Assembly: GCA_964016885.1 (NCBI GenBank)
Contig: OZ024743.1
Location: 131,502,001-131,566,000, forward strand
Length of the DNA: 64,000 nt
DNA from: Eledone cirrhosa
Lineage: Eukaryota
Direction: 5' to 3'
Part shown: piece by piece, positions 44,301 to 58,400 of the stretch
Numbering within the stretch: position 1 is the stretch's first letter
Layout of the letters: the number at the start of each line of letters is the position of its first letter
Notes under the pieces: generated by a model
The model's database searches: none
What the model was told of the DNA's origin: nothing
What the model saw: only the letters and a program-made list of their open reading frames with translations
Position numbers and translations under genes: made by a program

Positions 44301-46488
44301 AACACCAACCAGCAAACACCAAACACCAAACACCAAACACCAAACACCAAACAGCAAACACCAAACAGCAAACACCAAACACCAAAGACCAAACAGCAAA
44401 TGCCAAAAAGCAAACGCCAAACCCCAAACGCCAAACAGCAAATGCCAAACCCCAAACGCCAAACAGCAAACGCCAAGCGCCAAACGCCAAACACCAAGTG
44501 TCAAGCACCAAACACCAAACACCAAGCACCAAGCACCAAGCACCAAACACCAAACACCAAGCACCAAGTACCAAACACCAAACACCAAGCACCAAACACC
44601 AAACAGCAAACGCCAAAAAGCAAACGCCAAACCCCATACGCCAAACAGCAAATGCCAAACCCCAAACGCCAAACAGCAAACGCCAAGCACCAAACACCAA
44701 GCACCAAGCACCAAACACCAAACACCAAGCACCAATCACCAAACACCAAGCACCAAGCGCCAAGCACCAAACACCAAACACCTAGCACCAAGCACCAAGC
44801 ACCAAACACCAAGTACCAAACACCAATCACCAAGCCCCAAGCACCAAACAACAAGCGCCAAGCACCAAACACCAAACACCAAGCACCAAGCACCCAGAAC
44901 CAAGCACCAAGCACCAAACACCAAGCACCAAGCACCGAGCACCAAACACCAAGAACCAAGCACCAAGCTCTAAACACCAAACACCAAACACCAAGCACCA
45001 AACACCAAACACCAAACACCAAACACCAAACAGCAAATGCCAAAAAGCAAACGCCAAATCCCAAACGCCAAACAGTAAATGCCAAACCCCAAACGCCAAA
45101 CAGCAAACGCCAAACAGCAAACACCAAACAGCAAACAGCAAACAGCAAACACCAAACACCAAACACCAAGCACCAAACTCCAAACACCAAGCACCAAGCA
45201 CCAAGCACAAAACACCAAGCACCAAGCGCTAAACATAAAACACTAAGCACCAAGCACCAAGCACCAAGCACCAAACACCAAACATCAAACACCAATCACC
45301 AAACATCAAACAGCAAACACCAAACACCAAACACCAAACATCAAACACCAAATAGCAAACAACAAACAACAAACGCCAAACATCAAACGCCAAACACAAA
45401 CACCAAATAGCAAACACCAAACCGCAAACACCAAACACCAAACAGCAAACACCAAACACCAAACAGCGAACACCAAACAGCAAACACCAAACAGCAAACA
45501 CCAAACACCAAGCACCAAACACCAAACACCAAGCACGAAGCACCAAGCACAAAACACCAAGCACCAAGCACCAAACACCAAGCACCAAACACCAAACACC
45601 AAGCACCAAGCGCCAAACACCAAGCACCAAGCACCAAGCACGAAACACCAAGCACCAATCACCAAACACCAAACACCAAGCACCAAACACCAAACAGCAA
45701 ACACCAATCACCAAACACCAAACACCAAACAGCAAACACCAATCACCAAACACCAAACACCAAACACCAAACAGTAAACACCAAACACCAAACAGCAAAC
45801 ACCAAACACCAAACACCAAACAGCAAACACCAAACACCAAACACCAAACAGCAAACACCAAACAAACAGCAAACAGGAAACACCAAGCAGCAAACACCAA
45901 ACAGCAAACACCAAACACCAAACACCAAATAGCAAACACCAAACAGCAAACACCAAACAGCAAACACCAAACAGCAAACACCAGACAGCAAACAGCAAAC
46001 ACCAAACACCAAACACCAAGCACCAAGCACCAAACACCAAGCACCAAGCAACAAGCACCAATCACCAAGCACCAAGCACTAAACACCAAACACCAAGCAC
46101 CAAGCACCAAGCACCAAACAGCAAGCACCAAGCACCATGCACCAAACGCCAAGCACCAAGCACCAAACACCAAGCACCAAGCACCAGGCACCAAACACCA
46201 AGCCCCAAAGACCAAGCACCAAATACCAAGCACCAAGCACCAAACACCAATCACCAAGCACCAAGCACCAAGCACCAAATCCCAAGCACCAAACACCAAG
46301 CACCAAGCACCAAACACCAAACACCAAGCACGAAGCACCAAGCATCAAATACCAAACACCAAACACCAAGCACCACACATCAAACACCAAGCACGAAGCA
46401 CCAATCGCCAAGCACCAAGCACCAAGCAATAAACACAAAGCACCAAGCACCAAGCACCAAGCACCAAGCACCAAGCACCAAACACCAA
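35395..46488 (+). repeat. Near-identical tandem duplication, unit 5535 bp (junction ~40940)
   Basis: Constant offset 5535: GGG 36239/41774, ORFs 36737/42272, 38865/44400 and 40602/46137. Shared private variant CAGGAAA at ~40339/45874. Confidence 0.92.
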
Positions 46489-49400
46489 GCACCAAGCACC
46501 CAACACCAAACACCAATCACCAAGCACCAAAGAGCAAACACGAAGCCCCAAGCACCAAACACCCAACACCAAACACCAAACATCAAACACCAATCACGAA
46601 TCACAAAACACCAAACACCAAACATCAAACACCAATCACGAATCACCAAGCACCAAACACCAAACACCAAGCACCAAGCACCAAGCACCAAACACCAAAC
46701 ACCAAGCACCAAGCACTAAACACCAAACACCAAGCACCAAACACCAAGCACCAAGCACCAAGCACCAAGCACCAAGCACCAAACACCAAGCACCAAGCAC
46801 CAAACACCAAACACCAAGCACCAAACACCAAACACCAAGCACCAAGCACCAAACACCAAACACCAAACACCAAGCACCAAGCCCCAAGCACCAAACACCA
46901 AGCACCAAGCACCAAACACCAAGCACGAAGCACCAAGCACCATGCACCAAACACCAAGCACCAAGCACCAAACAGCAAACACCAAACAGCAAACACCAAA
47001 CACCAAACACCAACAAGCAAACACCAAACACCAAACACCAAACAGCATACACCAAACAGCAAACACCAAACAGCAAACACCAAACACCAAACACCAAACA
47101 GCAAATGCCAAAAAGCAAACGCCAAACCCCAAACGCCAAACAGCAAATGCCAAACCCCAAACGTCAAACAGCAAACGCCAAGCGCCAAACGCCAAACACC
47201 AAGTGCCAAGCACCAAACACCAAACACCAAGCACCAAGCACCAAGCACCAAACACCAAACACCAAGCACCAAGTACCAAACACCAAACACCAAGCACCAA
47301 ACACCAAACAGCAAACGCCAAAAAGCAAACGCCAAACCCCATACGCCAAACAGCAAATGCCAAACCCCAAACGCCAAACAGCAAACGCCAAGCACCAAAC
47401 ACCAAACACCAAGCGCCAAGCACCAAACACCAAACACCAAGCACCAATCACCAAACACCAAGCACCAAGCGCCAAGCACCAAACACCAAACACCTAGCAC
47501 CAAGCACCAAGCACCAAACACCAAGTACCAAACACCAATCACCAAGCCCCAAGCACCAAACACCAAGCGCCAAGCACCAAACACCAAACACCAAGCACCA
47601 AGCACCCAGAACCAAGCACCAAGCACCAAACACCAAGCACCAAGCACCGAGCACCAAACACCAAGAACCAAGCACCAAGCTCTAAACACCAAACACCAAG
47701 CACCAAGCACCAAACACCAAACACCAAACACCAAACACCAAACACCAAACAGCAAATGCCAAACAGCAAACGCCAAACACCAAACACCAAATAGCAAACA
47801 CCAAACAGCAAACACCAAACAGCAAACACCAAACAGCAAACACCAGACAGCAAACAGCAAACACCAAGCACCAAACACCAAGCACCAAGCACCAAACACC
47901 AAGCACCAAGCAACAAGCACCAATCACCAAGCACCAAGCACTAAACACCAAACACCAAGCACCAAGCACCAAGCACCAAACAGCAAGCACCAAGCACCAT
48001 GCACCAAACGCCAAGCACCAAGCACCAAACACCAAGCACCAAGCACCAAGCACCAAACACCAAGCACCAAAGACCAAGCACCAAATACCAAGCACCAAGC
48101 ACCAAACACCAATCACCAAGCACCAAGCACCAAACACCAAGAACCAAGCACCAATCACTAAACACCAAACACCAAGCACCAAGCACCAAACACCAAACAC
48201 CAAGCACCAAGTACCAAACACCAAACACCAAACACCAAGCACCAAGCACCAAATCCCAAGCACCAAACACCAAGCACCAAGCACCAAACACCAAACACCA
48301 AGCACGAAGCACCAAGCATCAAATACCAAACACCAAACACCAAGCACCACACATCAAACACCAAGCACGAAGCACCAATCGCCAAGCACCAAGCACCAAG
48401 CAATAAACACAAAGCACCAAGCACCAAGCACCAAGCACCAAGCACCAAGCACCAAACACCAAGCACCAAGCACCCAACACCAAACACCAATCACCAAGCA
48501 CCAAAGAGCAAACACGAAGCCCCAAGCACCAAACACCCAACACCAAACACCAAACATCAAACACCAATCACGAATCACAAAACACCAAACACCAAACATC
48601 AAACACCAATCACGAATCACCAAGCACCAAACACCAAACACCAAGCACCAAGCACCAAGCACCAAACACCAAACACCAAGCACCAAGCACTAAACACCAA
48701 ACACCAAGCACCAAACACCAAGCACCAAGCACCAAGCACCAAGCACCAAGCACCAAACACCAAGCACCAAACACCAAACACCAAGCACCAAGCCCCAAGC
48801 ACCAAACACCAAGCACCAAGCACCAAACACCAAGCACGAAGCACCAAGCACCATGCACCAAACACCAAGCACCAAGCACCAAACAGCAAACACCAAACAG
48901 CAAACACCAAACACCAAACAGCAAACACCAAACAGCAAACACCAAACAGCAAACACCAAACACCAAACACCAAACAGCAAATGCCAAAAAGCAAACGCCA
49001 AACCCCAAACGCCAAACAGCAAATGCCAAACCCCAAACGCCAAACAGCAAACGCCAAGCGCCAAACGCCAAACACCAAGTGCCAAGCACCAAACACCAAA
49101 CACCAAGCACCAAGCACCAAGCACCAAACACCAAACACCAAGCACCAAGTACCAAACACCAAACACCAAGCACCAAACACCAAACAGCAAACGCCAAAAA
49201 GCAAACGCCAAACCCCATACGCCAAACAGCAAATGCCAAACCCCAAACGCCAAACAGCAAACGCCAAGCACCAAACACCAAACACCAAGCGCCAAGCACC
49301 AAACACCAAACACCAAGCACCAAGCACCAAACACCAAACACCAAGCACCAATCACCAAACACCAAGCACCAAGCGCCAAGCACCAAACACCAAACACCTA

Positions 49401-52400
49401 GCACCAAGCACCAAGCACCAAACACCAAGTACCAAACACCAATCACCAAGCCCCAAGCACAAAACACCAAGCGCCAAGCACCAAACACCAAACACCAAGC
49501 ACCAAGCACCCAGAACCAAGCACCAAGCACCAAACACCAAGCACCAAGCACCGAGCACCAAACACCAAGAACCAAGCACCAAGCTCTAAACACCAAACAC
49601 CAAGCACCAAGCACCAAACACCAAACACCAAACACCAAACACCAAACACCAAACAGCAAATGCCAAAAAGCAAACGCCAAACCCCAAACCCCAAACGCCA
49701 AACACCAAGCGCCAAGCACCAAACACCAAACACCAAGCACCAAGCACCAAACACCAAACACCAAGCACCAAGTACCAAACACCAAACACCAAGCACCAAA
49801 CACCAAACAGCAAACGCCAAAAAGCAAACGCCAAAACCCATACGCCAAACAGCAAATGCCAAACCCCAAACGCCAAACAGCAAACGCCAAGCACCGAACA
49901 CCAAACACCAAGCGCCAAGCACCAAACACCAAACACCAAGCACCAAGCACCAAACACCAAACACCAAGCACCAATCACCAAACACCAAGCACCAAGCGCC
50001 AAGCACCAAACACCAAACACCTAGCACCAAGCACCAAGCACCAAACACCAAGTACCAAACACCAATCACCAAGCCCCAAGCACCAAACACCAAGCACCAA
50101 GCACCAAACACCAAACACCAAGCACCAAGCACCCAGAACCAAGCACCAAGCACCAAACACCAAGCACCAAGCACCGAGCACCAAACACCAAGAACCAAGC
50201 ACCAAGCACTAAACACCAAACACCAAACACCAAGCGCCAAGCACCAAACACCAAACACCAAGCACCAAGCACCAAACACCAAACACCAAGCACAAATCAC
50301 CAAACACCAAACACCAAGCGCCAAACACCAAACACCAAACACCTAGCACCAAGCACCAAGCACCAAACACCAAGCACCAAACACCAAGCACCAAGCACCA
50401 AGCACCAAGCACCAAGCACCAAACACCAATCACCAAGCCCCAAGCATCAAACACCAAGCACCCAGCACCAAACACCAAACACCAAGCACCAAGCACCCAG
50501 AACAAAGCACCAAGAACCAAACACCAAACACCAAGCTCCAAGCACCAAACACCAAACACCAAGCACCAAGCACCAATCACCAAACACCAAACACCAAGCA
50601 CCAAGCACCAAACACCAAACACCAAGCACCAATCACCAAACACCAAGCCCCAAGCGCCAAACACCAAACACCAAACACCTAGCACCAAGCACCAAGCACC
50701 GAACACCAAGCACCAAACACCAAGCACCAAGCACCAAGCACCAAGCACCAAGCACCAAACACCAATCACCAAGCCCCAAGCACCAAACACCAAGCACCAA
50801 GCACCAAACACCAAACACCAAGCACCAAGCACCCAGAACCAAACAGCAAACACCAAACACCAAACACCAAACACCAAACAGCAAACACCAAACAGCAAAC
50901 ACCAAACAGCAAACAGCAAACAAGCACCAAGCACCAAACACCAAGCACCAAGCACCAAACAACAACACCAAGCACCAAGCACCAAACACCAAGCGCCAAG
51001 CACCAAACACCAAACACCAAGCTCCAAGCACCAAACACCATACACCAAGCACCAAGCACCAAACACCAATCACCAAGCACCAAGCACCAAACCCCAAGCA
51101 CCAAACACCAAGCACCAATCACCAAACACCAAACACCCAGCACCAAGCACCAAACACCAAGCACCAAGCACCAAGCACCAAACACCAAGCACCAAGTACC
51201 AAACACCAAACACCAAGCACCAAGTACCAAACACCAAACACCAAGCACCAAGCACCAAACACCAAACACCAAGCACCAAGCACCAAACACCAAACACCAG
51301 GCTCCAAGCACAAAACACCAAGCACCAAGCACCAAGCAACAAACACCAAACACCAAGCACCAAACACCAAGCACCAAGCCCCAAGCACCAAACACCAAGC
51401 ACCAAGCACCAAACACCAAGCACCAAGCACCAAGCACCATGCACGAAACACCAAGCACCAAGCACCAAACAGCAAACACCAAACAGCAAACACCAAACAG
51501 CAAACACCAAACAGCAAACACCAAACACCAAGCACCAAGCACCAAACACCATACGCCAAACACCAAACACCAAGCACCAAGCACCAAAGACCAAACACCA
51601 AGCACTAAGCACGAAACACCAAGCACCAAGCACCGAGCACCAAACACCAAACACCAAACACCAAGCACCAAGCACCAAACACCAAACACCAAGAACCAAG
51701 CACCAAACACCAAATACCAAGCACCAAGCACTAAACACCAAACACCAAGCACCAAACACCAAGCACCAAGCACCAAGCACCAAGCACCAAACACAAAACA
51801 CCAAGTACCAAGCACCAAGCACCAAACACCAAACACCAAACACCAAGCACCAAGCACCAAACACCAAACACCAAGCACCAAGCACCAGAGACCAAGCACC
51901 AAGCACCAAGGACCAAACACCAAACACCAAACACCAGGCACAAAGCACCAAACACCAAGCACCAAGCACCAAACACCAAAGACCAAGCACAAAGCACCAA
52001 AGAGCAAAAACAAAGCACCAAGCACCAAACACCAAACACCAAACACCAAACAGCAAACACCAAACACCAAATAGCAAACACCAAAGGGCAAACTCCAAAC
52101 ACCAAACAGCAAACACAAAACACCAAACAGCAAACAACGAACAGCAAACAGCAAACAGCAAACAGCAAACACCAAACACCAAGCACCAAGCACCAAGCAC
52201 CAAACACCAACACCAAGCACCAAGCACCAAACACCAAGCACAAAACACCAAGCACCAAGCACCAAACACCAAACATCAAACAGCAATCACCAAACATCAA
52301 ACAGCAAACAACAAACACCAAACACCAAACATCAAACACCAAACAGCAAACAACAAACAACAAACGCTAAACATCAAACGCCAAACACCAAACGCCAAAT

Positions 52401-55400
52401 AGCAAACACCAAACCGCAAACACCAAACACCAAACAGCAAACACCAAACACCAAACAGCGAACTCCAAACAGCAAACACCAAACAGCAAACAGCAAACAG
52501 CAAACACCAAACACCAAACACCAAGCACCAAACTCCAAACACCAAGCACCAAGCACCAAGCACAAAACACCAAGCACCAAGCGCTAAACATAAAACACTA
52601 AGCACCAAGCACCAAGCACCAAGCACCAAACACCAAACATCAAACACCAATCACCAAACATCAAACAGCAAACACCAAACACCAAACACCAAACATCAAA
52701 CACCAAATAGCAAACAACAAACAACAAACGCCAAACATCAAACGCCAAACACAAACACCAAATAGCAAACACCAAACCGCAAACACCAAACACCAAACAG
52801 CAAACACCAAACAACAAACAGCGAACACCAAACAGCAAACACCAAACAGCAAACACCAAACACCAAGCACCAAACACCAAACACCAAGCACGAAGCACCA
52901 AGCACAAAACACCAAGCACCAAGCACCAAACACCAAGCACCAAACACCAAACACCAAGCACCAAGCGCCAAACACCAAGCACCAAGCACCAAGCACGAAA
53001 CACCAAGCACCAATCACCAAACACCAAACACCAAGCACCAAACACCAAACAGCAAACACCAAACACCAAACAGTAAAAACCAAACACCAAACAGCAAACA
53101 CCAAACACCAAACACCAAACAGCAAACACCAAACAGCAAACACCAAACAGCAAACACCAAACAAACAGCAAACAGCAAACACCAAGCAGCAAACACCAAA
53201 CAGCAAACACCAAACACCAAACACCAAATAGCAAACACCAAACAGCAAACACCAAACAGCAAACACCAAACAGCAAACACCAGACAGCAAACAGCAAACA
53301 CCAAACACCAAACACCAAGCACCAAGCACCAATCAGCAAGCACCAAGCACTAAACACCAAACACCAAGCACCAAGCACCAAGCACCAAACAGCAAGCACC
53401 AAGCACCATGCACCAAACGCCAAGCACCAAGCACCAAACACCAAGCACCAAGCACCAAGGACCAAACACCAAGCACCAAAGACCAAGCACCAAATACCAA
53501 GCACCAAGCACCAAACACCAATCACCAAGCACCAAGCACCAAACACCAAGAACAAAGCACTAATCACTAAACACCAAACACCAAGCACCAAGCACCAAAC
53601 ACCAAACACCAAGCACCAAGTACCAAACACCAAACACCAAACACCAAGCACCAAGCACCAAATCCCAAGCACCAAACACCAAGCACCAAGCACCAAACAC
53701 CAAACACCAAGCACGAAGCACCAAGCATCAAATACCAAACACCAAACACCAAGCACCACACATCAAACACCAAGCACGAAGCACCCATCGCCAAGCACCA
53801 AGCACCAAGCAATAAACACAAAGCACCAAGCACCAAGCACCAAGCACCAAGCACCAAGCACCAAACACCAAGCACCAAGCACCCAACACCAAACACCAAT
53901 CACCAAGCACCAAAGAGCAAACACGAAGCCCCAAGCACCAAACACCCAACACCAAACACCAAACATCAAACACCAATCACGAATCACAAAACACCAAACA
54001 CCAAACATCAAACACCAATCACGAATCACCAAGCACCAAACACCAAACACCAAGCACCAAGCACCAAGCACCAAACACCAAACACCAAGCACCAAGCACT
54101 AAACACCAAACACCAAGCACCAAGCACCAAGCACCAAACACCAAGCACCAAGCACCAAGCACCAAACACCAAGCACCAAGCACCAAACACCAAACACCAA
54201 GCACCAAACACCAAGCACCAAACAGCAAGCACCAAGCACCAAGCACCAGACACCAAGCACCAAGCACCAAACACCAAACACCAAGCACCAAGCACTAAAC
54301 ACCAAACACCAAGCACCAAGCACCAAGCACCAAGCACCAAGCACCAAACACCAAGCACCAAGCAGCAAGCACCAAGCACCAAGCACCAAACACCAAGCAC
54401 CAAGCACCAAACAGCAAACACCAAGCACCAAACACCAAACACCAAGCACCAAGCACCAAACACCAAACACCAAACACCAAGCAGCAAGCCCCAAGCACCA
54501 AACACCAAGCACCAAGCACCAAACACCAAGCACGAAGCACCAAGCTCCATGCACCAAACACCAAGCACCAAGCACCAAACAGCAAACACCAAACAGCAAA
54601 CACCAAACACCAAACACCAACCAGCAAACACCAAACACCAAACACCAAACACCAAACACCAAACAGCAAACACCAAACAGCAAACACCAAACACCAAAGA
54701 CCAAACAGCAAATGCCAAAAAGCAAACGCCAAACCCCAAACGCCAAACAGCAAATGCCAAACCCCAAACGCCAAACAGCAAACGCCAAGCGCCAAACGCC
54801 AAACACCAAGTGTCAAGCACCAAACACCAAACACCAAGCACCAAGCAGCAAGCACCAAACACCAAACACCAAGCACCAAGTACCAAACACCAAACACCAA
54901 GCACCAAACACCAAACAGCAAACGCCAAAAAGCAAACGCCAAACCCCATACGCCAAACAGCAAATGCCAAACCCCAAACGCCAAACAGCAAACGCCAAGC
55001 ACCAAACACCAAGCACCAAGCACCAAACACCAAACACCAAGCACCAATCACCAAACACCAAGCACCAAGCGCCAAGCACCAAACACCAAACACCTAGCAC
55101 CAAGCACCAAGCACCAAACACCAAGTACCAAACACCAATCACCAAGCCCCAAGCACCAAACAACAAGCGCCAAGCACCAAACACCAAACACCAAGCACCA
55201 AGCACCCAGAACCAAGCACCAAGCACCAAACACCAAGCACCAAGCACCGAGCACCAAACACCAAGAACCAAGCACCAAGCTCTAAACACCAAACACCAAA
55301 CACCAAGCACCAAACACCAAACACCAAACACCAAACACCAAACAGCAAATGCCAAAAAGCAAACGCCAAATCCCAAACGGCAAACAGTAAATGCCAAACC
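45229..55400 (+). repeat. Putative underlying ~10.2-kb higher-order unit of the right domain
   Basis: Colinear with the sequence from 22279 onward (offsets 22950, 22992, 22894) and with 35592-39500 (offset 15847). 22950 - 7215 - 5535 = 10200. Confidence 0.6.
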
Positions 55401-58400
55401 CCAAACGCCAAACAGCAAACGCCAAGCGCCAAACGCCAAACACCAAGCGCCAAGCACCAAACACCAAACACCAAGCACCAAGCACCAAACACCAAACACC
55501 AAGCACCAAGTACCAAACACCAAACACCAAGCACCAAACACCAAACAGCAAACGCCAAAAAGCAAACGCCAAACCCCATACGCCAAACAGCAAATGCCAA
55601 ACCCCAAACGCCAAACAGCAAACGCCAAGCACCGAACACCAAACACCAAGCGCCAAGCACCAAACACCAAACACCAAGCACCAAGCACCAAACACCAAAC
55701 CCCAAGCACCAATCACCAAACACCAAGCACCAAGCGCCAAGCACCAAACACCAAACACCTAGCACCAAGCACCAAGCACCAAACACCAAGTACCAAACAC
55801 CAATCACCAAGCCCCAAGCACCAAACACCAAGCACCAAGCACCAAACACCAAACACCAAGCACCAAGCACCCAGAACCAAGCACGAAGCACCAAACACCA
55901 AGCACCAAGCACCGAGCACCAAACACCAAGAACCAAGCACCAAGCACTAAACACCAAACACCAAGCACCAAGCACCAAACACCAAACACCAAGCACCAAA
56001 CACCAAACAGCAAACGCCAAAGAGCAAACGCCAAACCCCATATGCCAAACAGCAAATGCCAAACTCCAAACGCCAAACAGCAAACGCCAGGCACCAAACA
56101 CCAAACACCAAGCGCCAAGCACCAAACACCAATCACCAAGCCCGAAGCACCAAACACCAAGCACCAAGCACCAAACACCAAACACCAAGCACCATGCACC
56201 AAGGACCAAGCACCAAACACCAAGCACCAAGCACCGAGCACCAAACACCAAGAACCAAGCACCAAGCACTAAACACCAAACACCAAGCACCAAGCACCAA
56301 ACACCAAACACCAAGCACCAAGTACAAAACTCCAAACACCAAACACCAAGCACCAAGCACCAAATCCCAAGCACCAAACACCAAGCACCAATCACCAAAC
56401 ACCAAACACCAAGCACCAAGCACCAAACTCCAAAAACCAAGCACCAAGCACCAAGCACCAAACACCAAACGCCAAACACCAAACACCAAGTACCAAGCAC
56501 CAAACACCAAGCACCAAGCGCCAAAGACCAAACACCAAGCACCAAGCACGAAACACCAAGCACCAAGCACCGAGCACCAAACACCAAGTACCAAGCACCA
56601 ATCACCAAACACCAAGCACCAAGCACCAAACACCAAACACCAAGCACCAAGCAGCAAGTATCAAGCACCAAGCACCAAACACCAACCACCAAGCACCAAA
56701 CACCAAACACAAAACAACAAGTACCAAGCACCAAACACCAAACACCAAACACCAAACACCAAGCACCAAGCACAAGACACCAAGCACCAAGCACCAAGCA
56801 CCAAGCACCAAAAACCAAGCACCAAGCTCCAAGCACCAAACACCAAGCACCAAACACCAAACACCAAGCACCAAGCACCAAACACCAAGCACCAAGCGCC
56901 AAACACCAAACACCAAGCACCAAGCACCAAACACCAAGCACCAACCACCAAGCACCAAACACCAAGCACCAAGCACCAAGCACCAAGCACCAAGCACCAA
57001 GCACCAAACACCAAGCACCAAGCACCAAACAGCAAACACCAAGCACCAAACACCAAACACCAAGCACCAAGCAACAAACACCAAACACCAAGCACCAAAC
57101 ACCAAGCACCAAGCCCCAAGCACGAAACACCAAGCACCAAGCACGAAACACCAAGCACCAAGCACCAAGCACCATGCACCAAACACCAAGCACCAAGCAC
57201 CAAACAGCAAACACCAAACAGCAAACACCAAACAGCAAACACCAAACAGCAAACACCAAACAGCAAACACCAAACAGCAAACGCCAAAAAGCAAACGCCA
57301 AACTCCAAACGCCAAACAGCAAATGCCAAACCCAAACGCCAAACAGCAAACGCCAAGCACAAAACACCAAACACCAAGCGCCAAGCACCAAACACCAAAC
57401 ACCAAGCACCAAGCACCAAACACCAAACACCAAGCACCAAGTACCAAACACCAAACACCAAGCACCAAACACCAAACAGCAAACGCAAAAAAGCAAACGC
57501 CAAACCCCATACGCTAAACAGCAAATGCCAAACCCCAAATGCCAAACGGCAAACGCCAAGCACCAAACACCAAACACCAAGCGCCAAGCACCAAACACCA
57601 AACACCAAGCACCAAGCACCAGACACCAAACACCAAGCACCAATCACCAAACACCAAACACCAAGCGCCAAACACCAAACACCAAACACCTATCACCAAG
57701 CACCAATCACCAAACACCAAGCACCAAACACCAAGCACCAAGCACCAAGCACCAAGCACCAAACACCAATCACCAAGCCCCAAGCACCAAACACCAAGCA
57801 CCCAGCACCAAACACCAAACACCAAGCACCAAGCACCCAGAACAAAGCACCAAGCACCAAACACCAAACACCAAGCTCCAAGCACCAAACACCAAACACC
57901 AAGCACCAAGCACCAAGCACCAAACACCAAACACCAAGCACCAATCACCAAACACCAGGCACCAAGCGCCAAACACCAAACACCAAACACCTAGCACCAA
58001 GCACCAAGCACCGAACACCAAGCACCAAGCACCAAGCACCAAGCACCAAGCACCAAACACCAATCACCAAGCCCCAAGCACCAAACACCAAGCACCAAGC
58101 ACCAAACACCAAACACCAAGCACCAAGCACCAAACACCAAACACCAAGCACCAAGCACCAAGCACCAAGCACCAAACACCATACACCAAACAGCAAACGC
58201 CAAAAAGCAAACACCAAACCCCATACGCCAAACAGCAAATGCCAAACCCCAAACGCCAAACAGCAAACGCCAAGCACCAAACACCAAACACCAAACACCA
58301 AGCACCAATCACCAAACACCAAGCACCAAGCGCCAAGCACCAGACACCAAGCACCAAGCACCAAACACCAAACACCAAGCACCAAGCACTAAACACCAAA

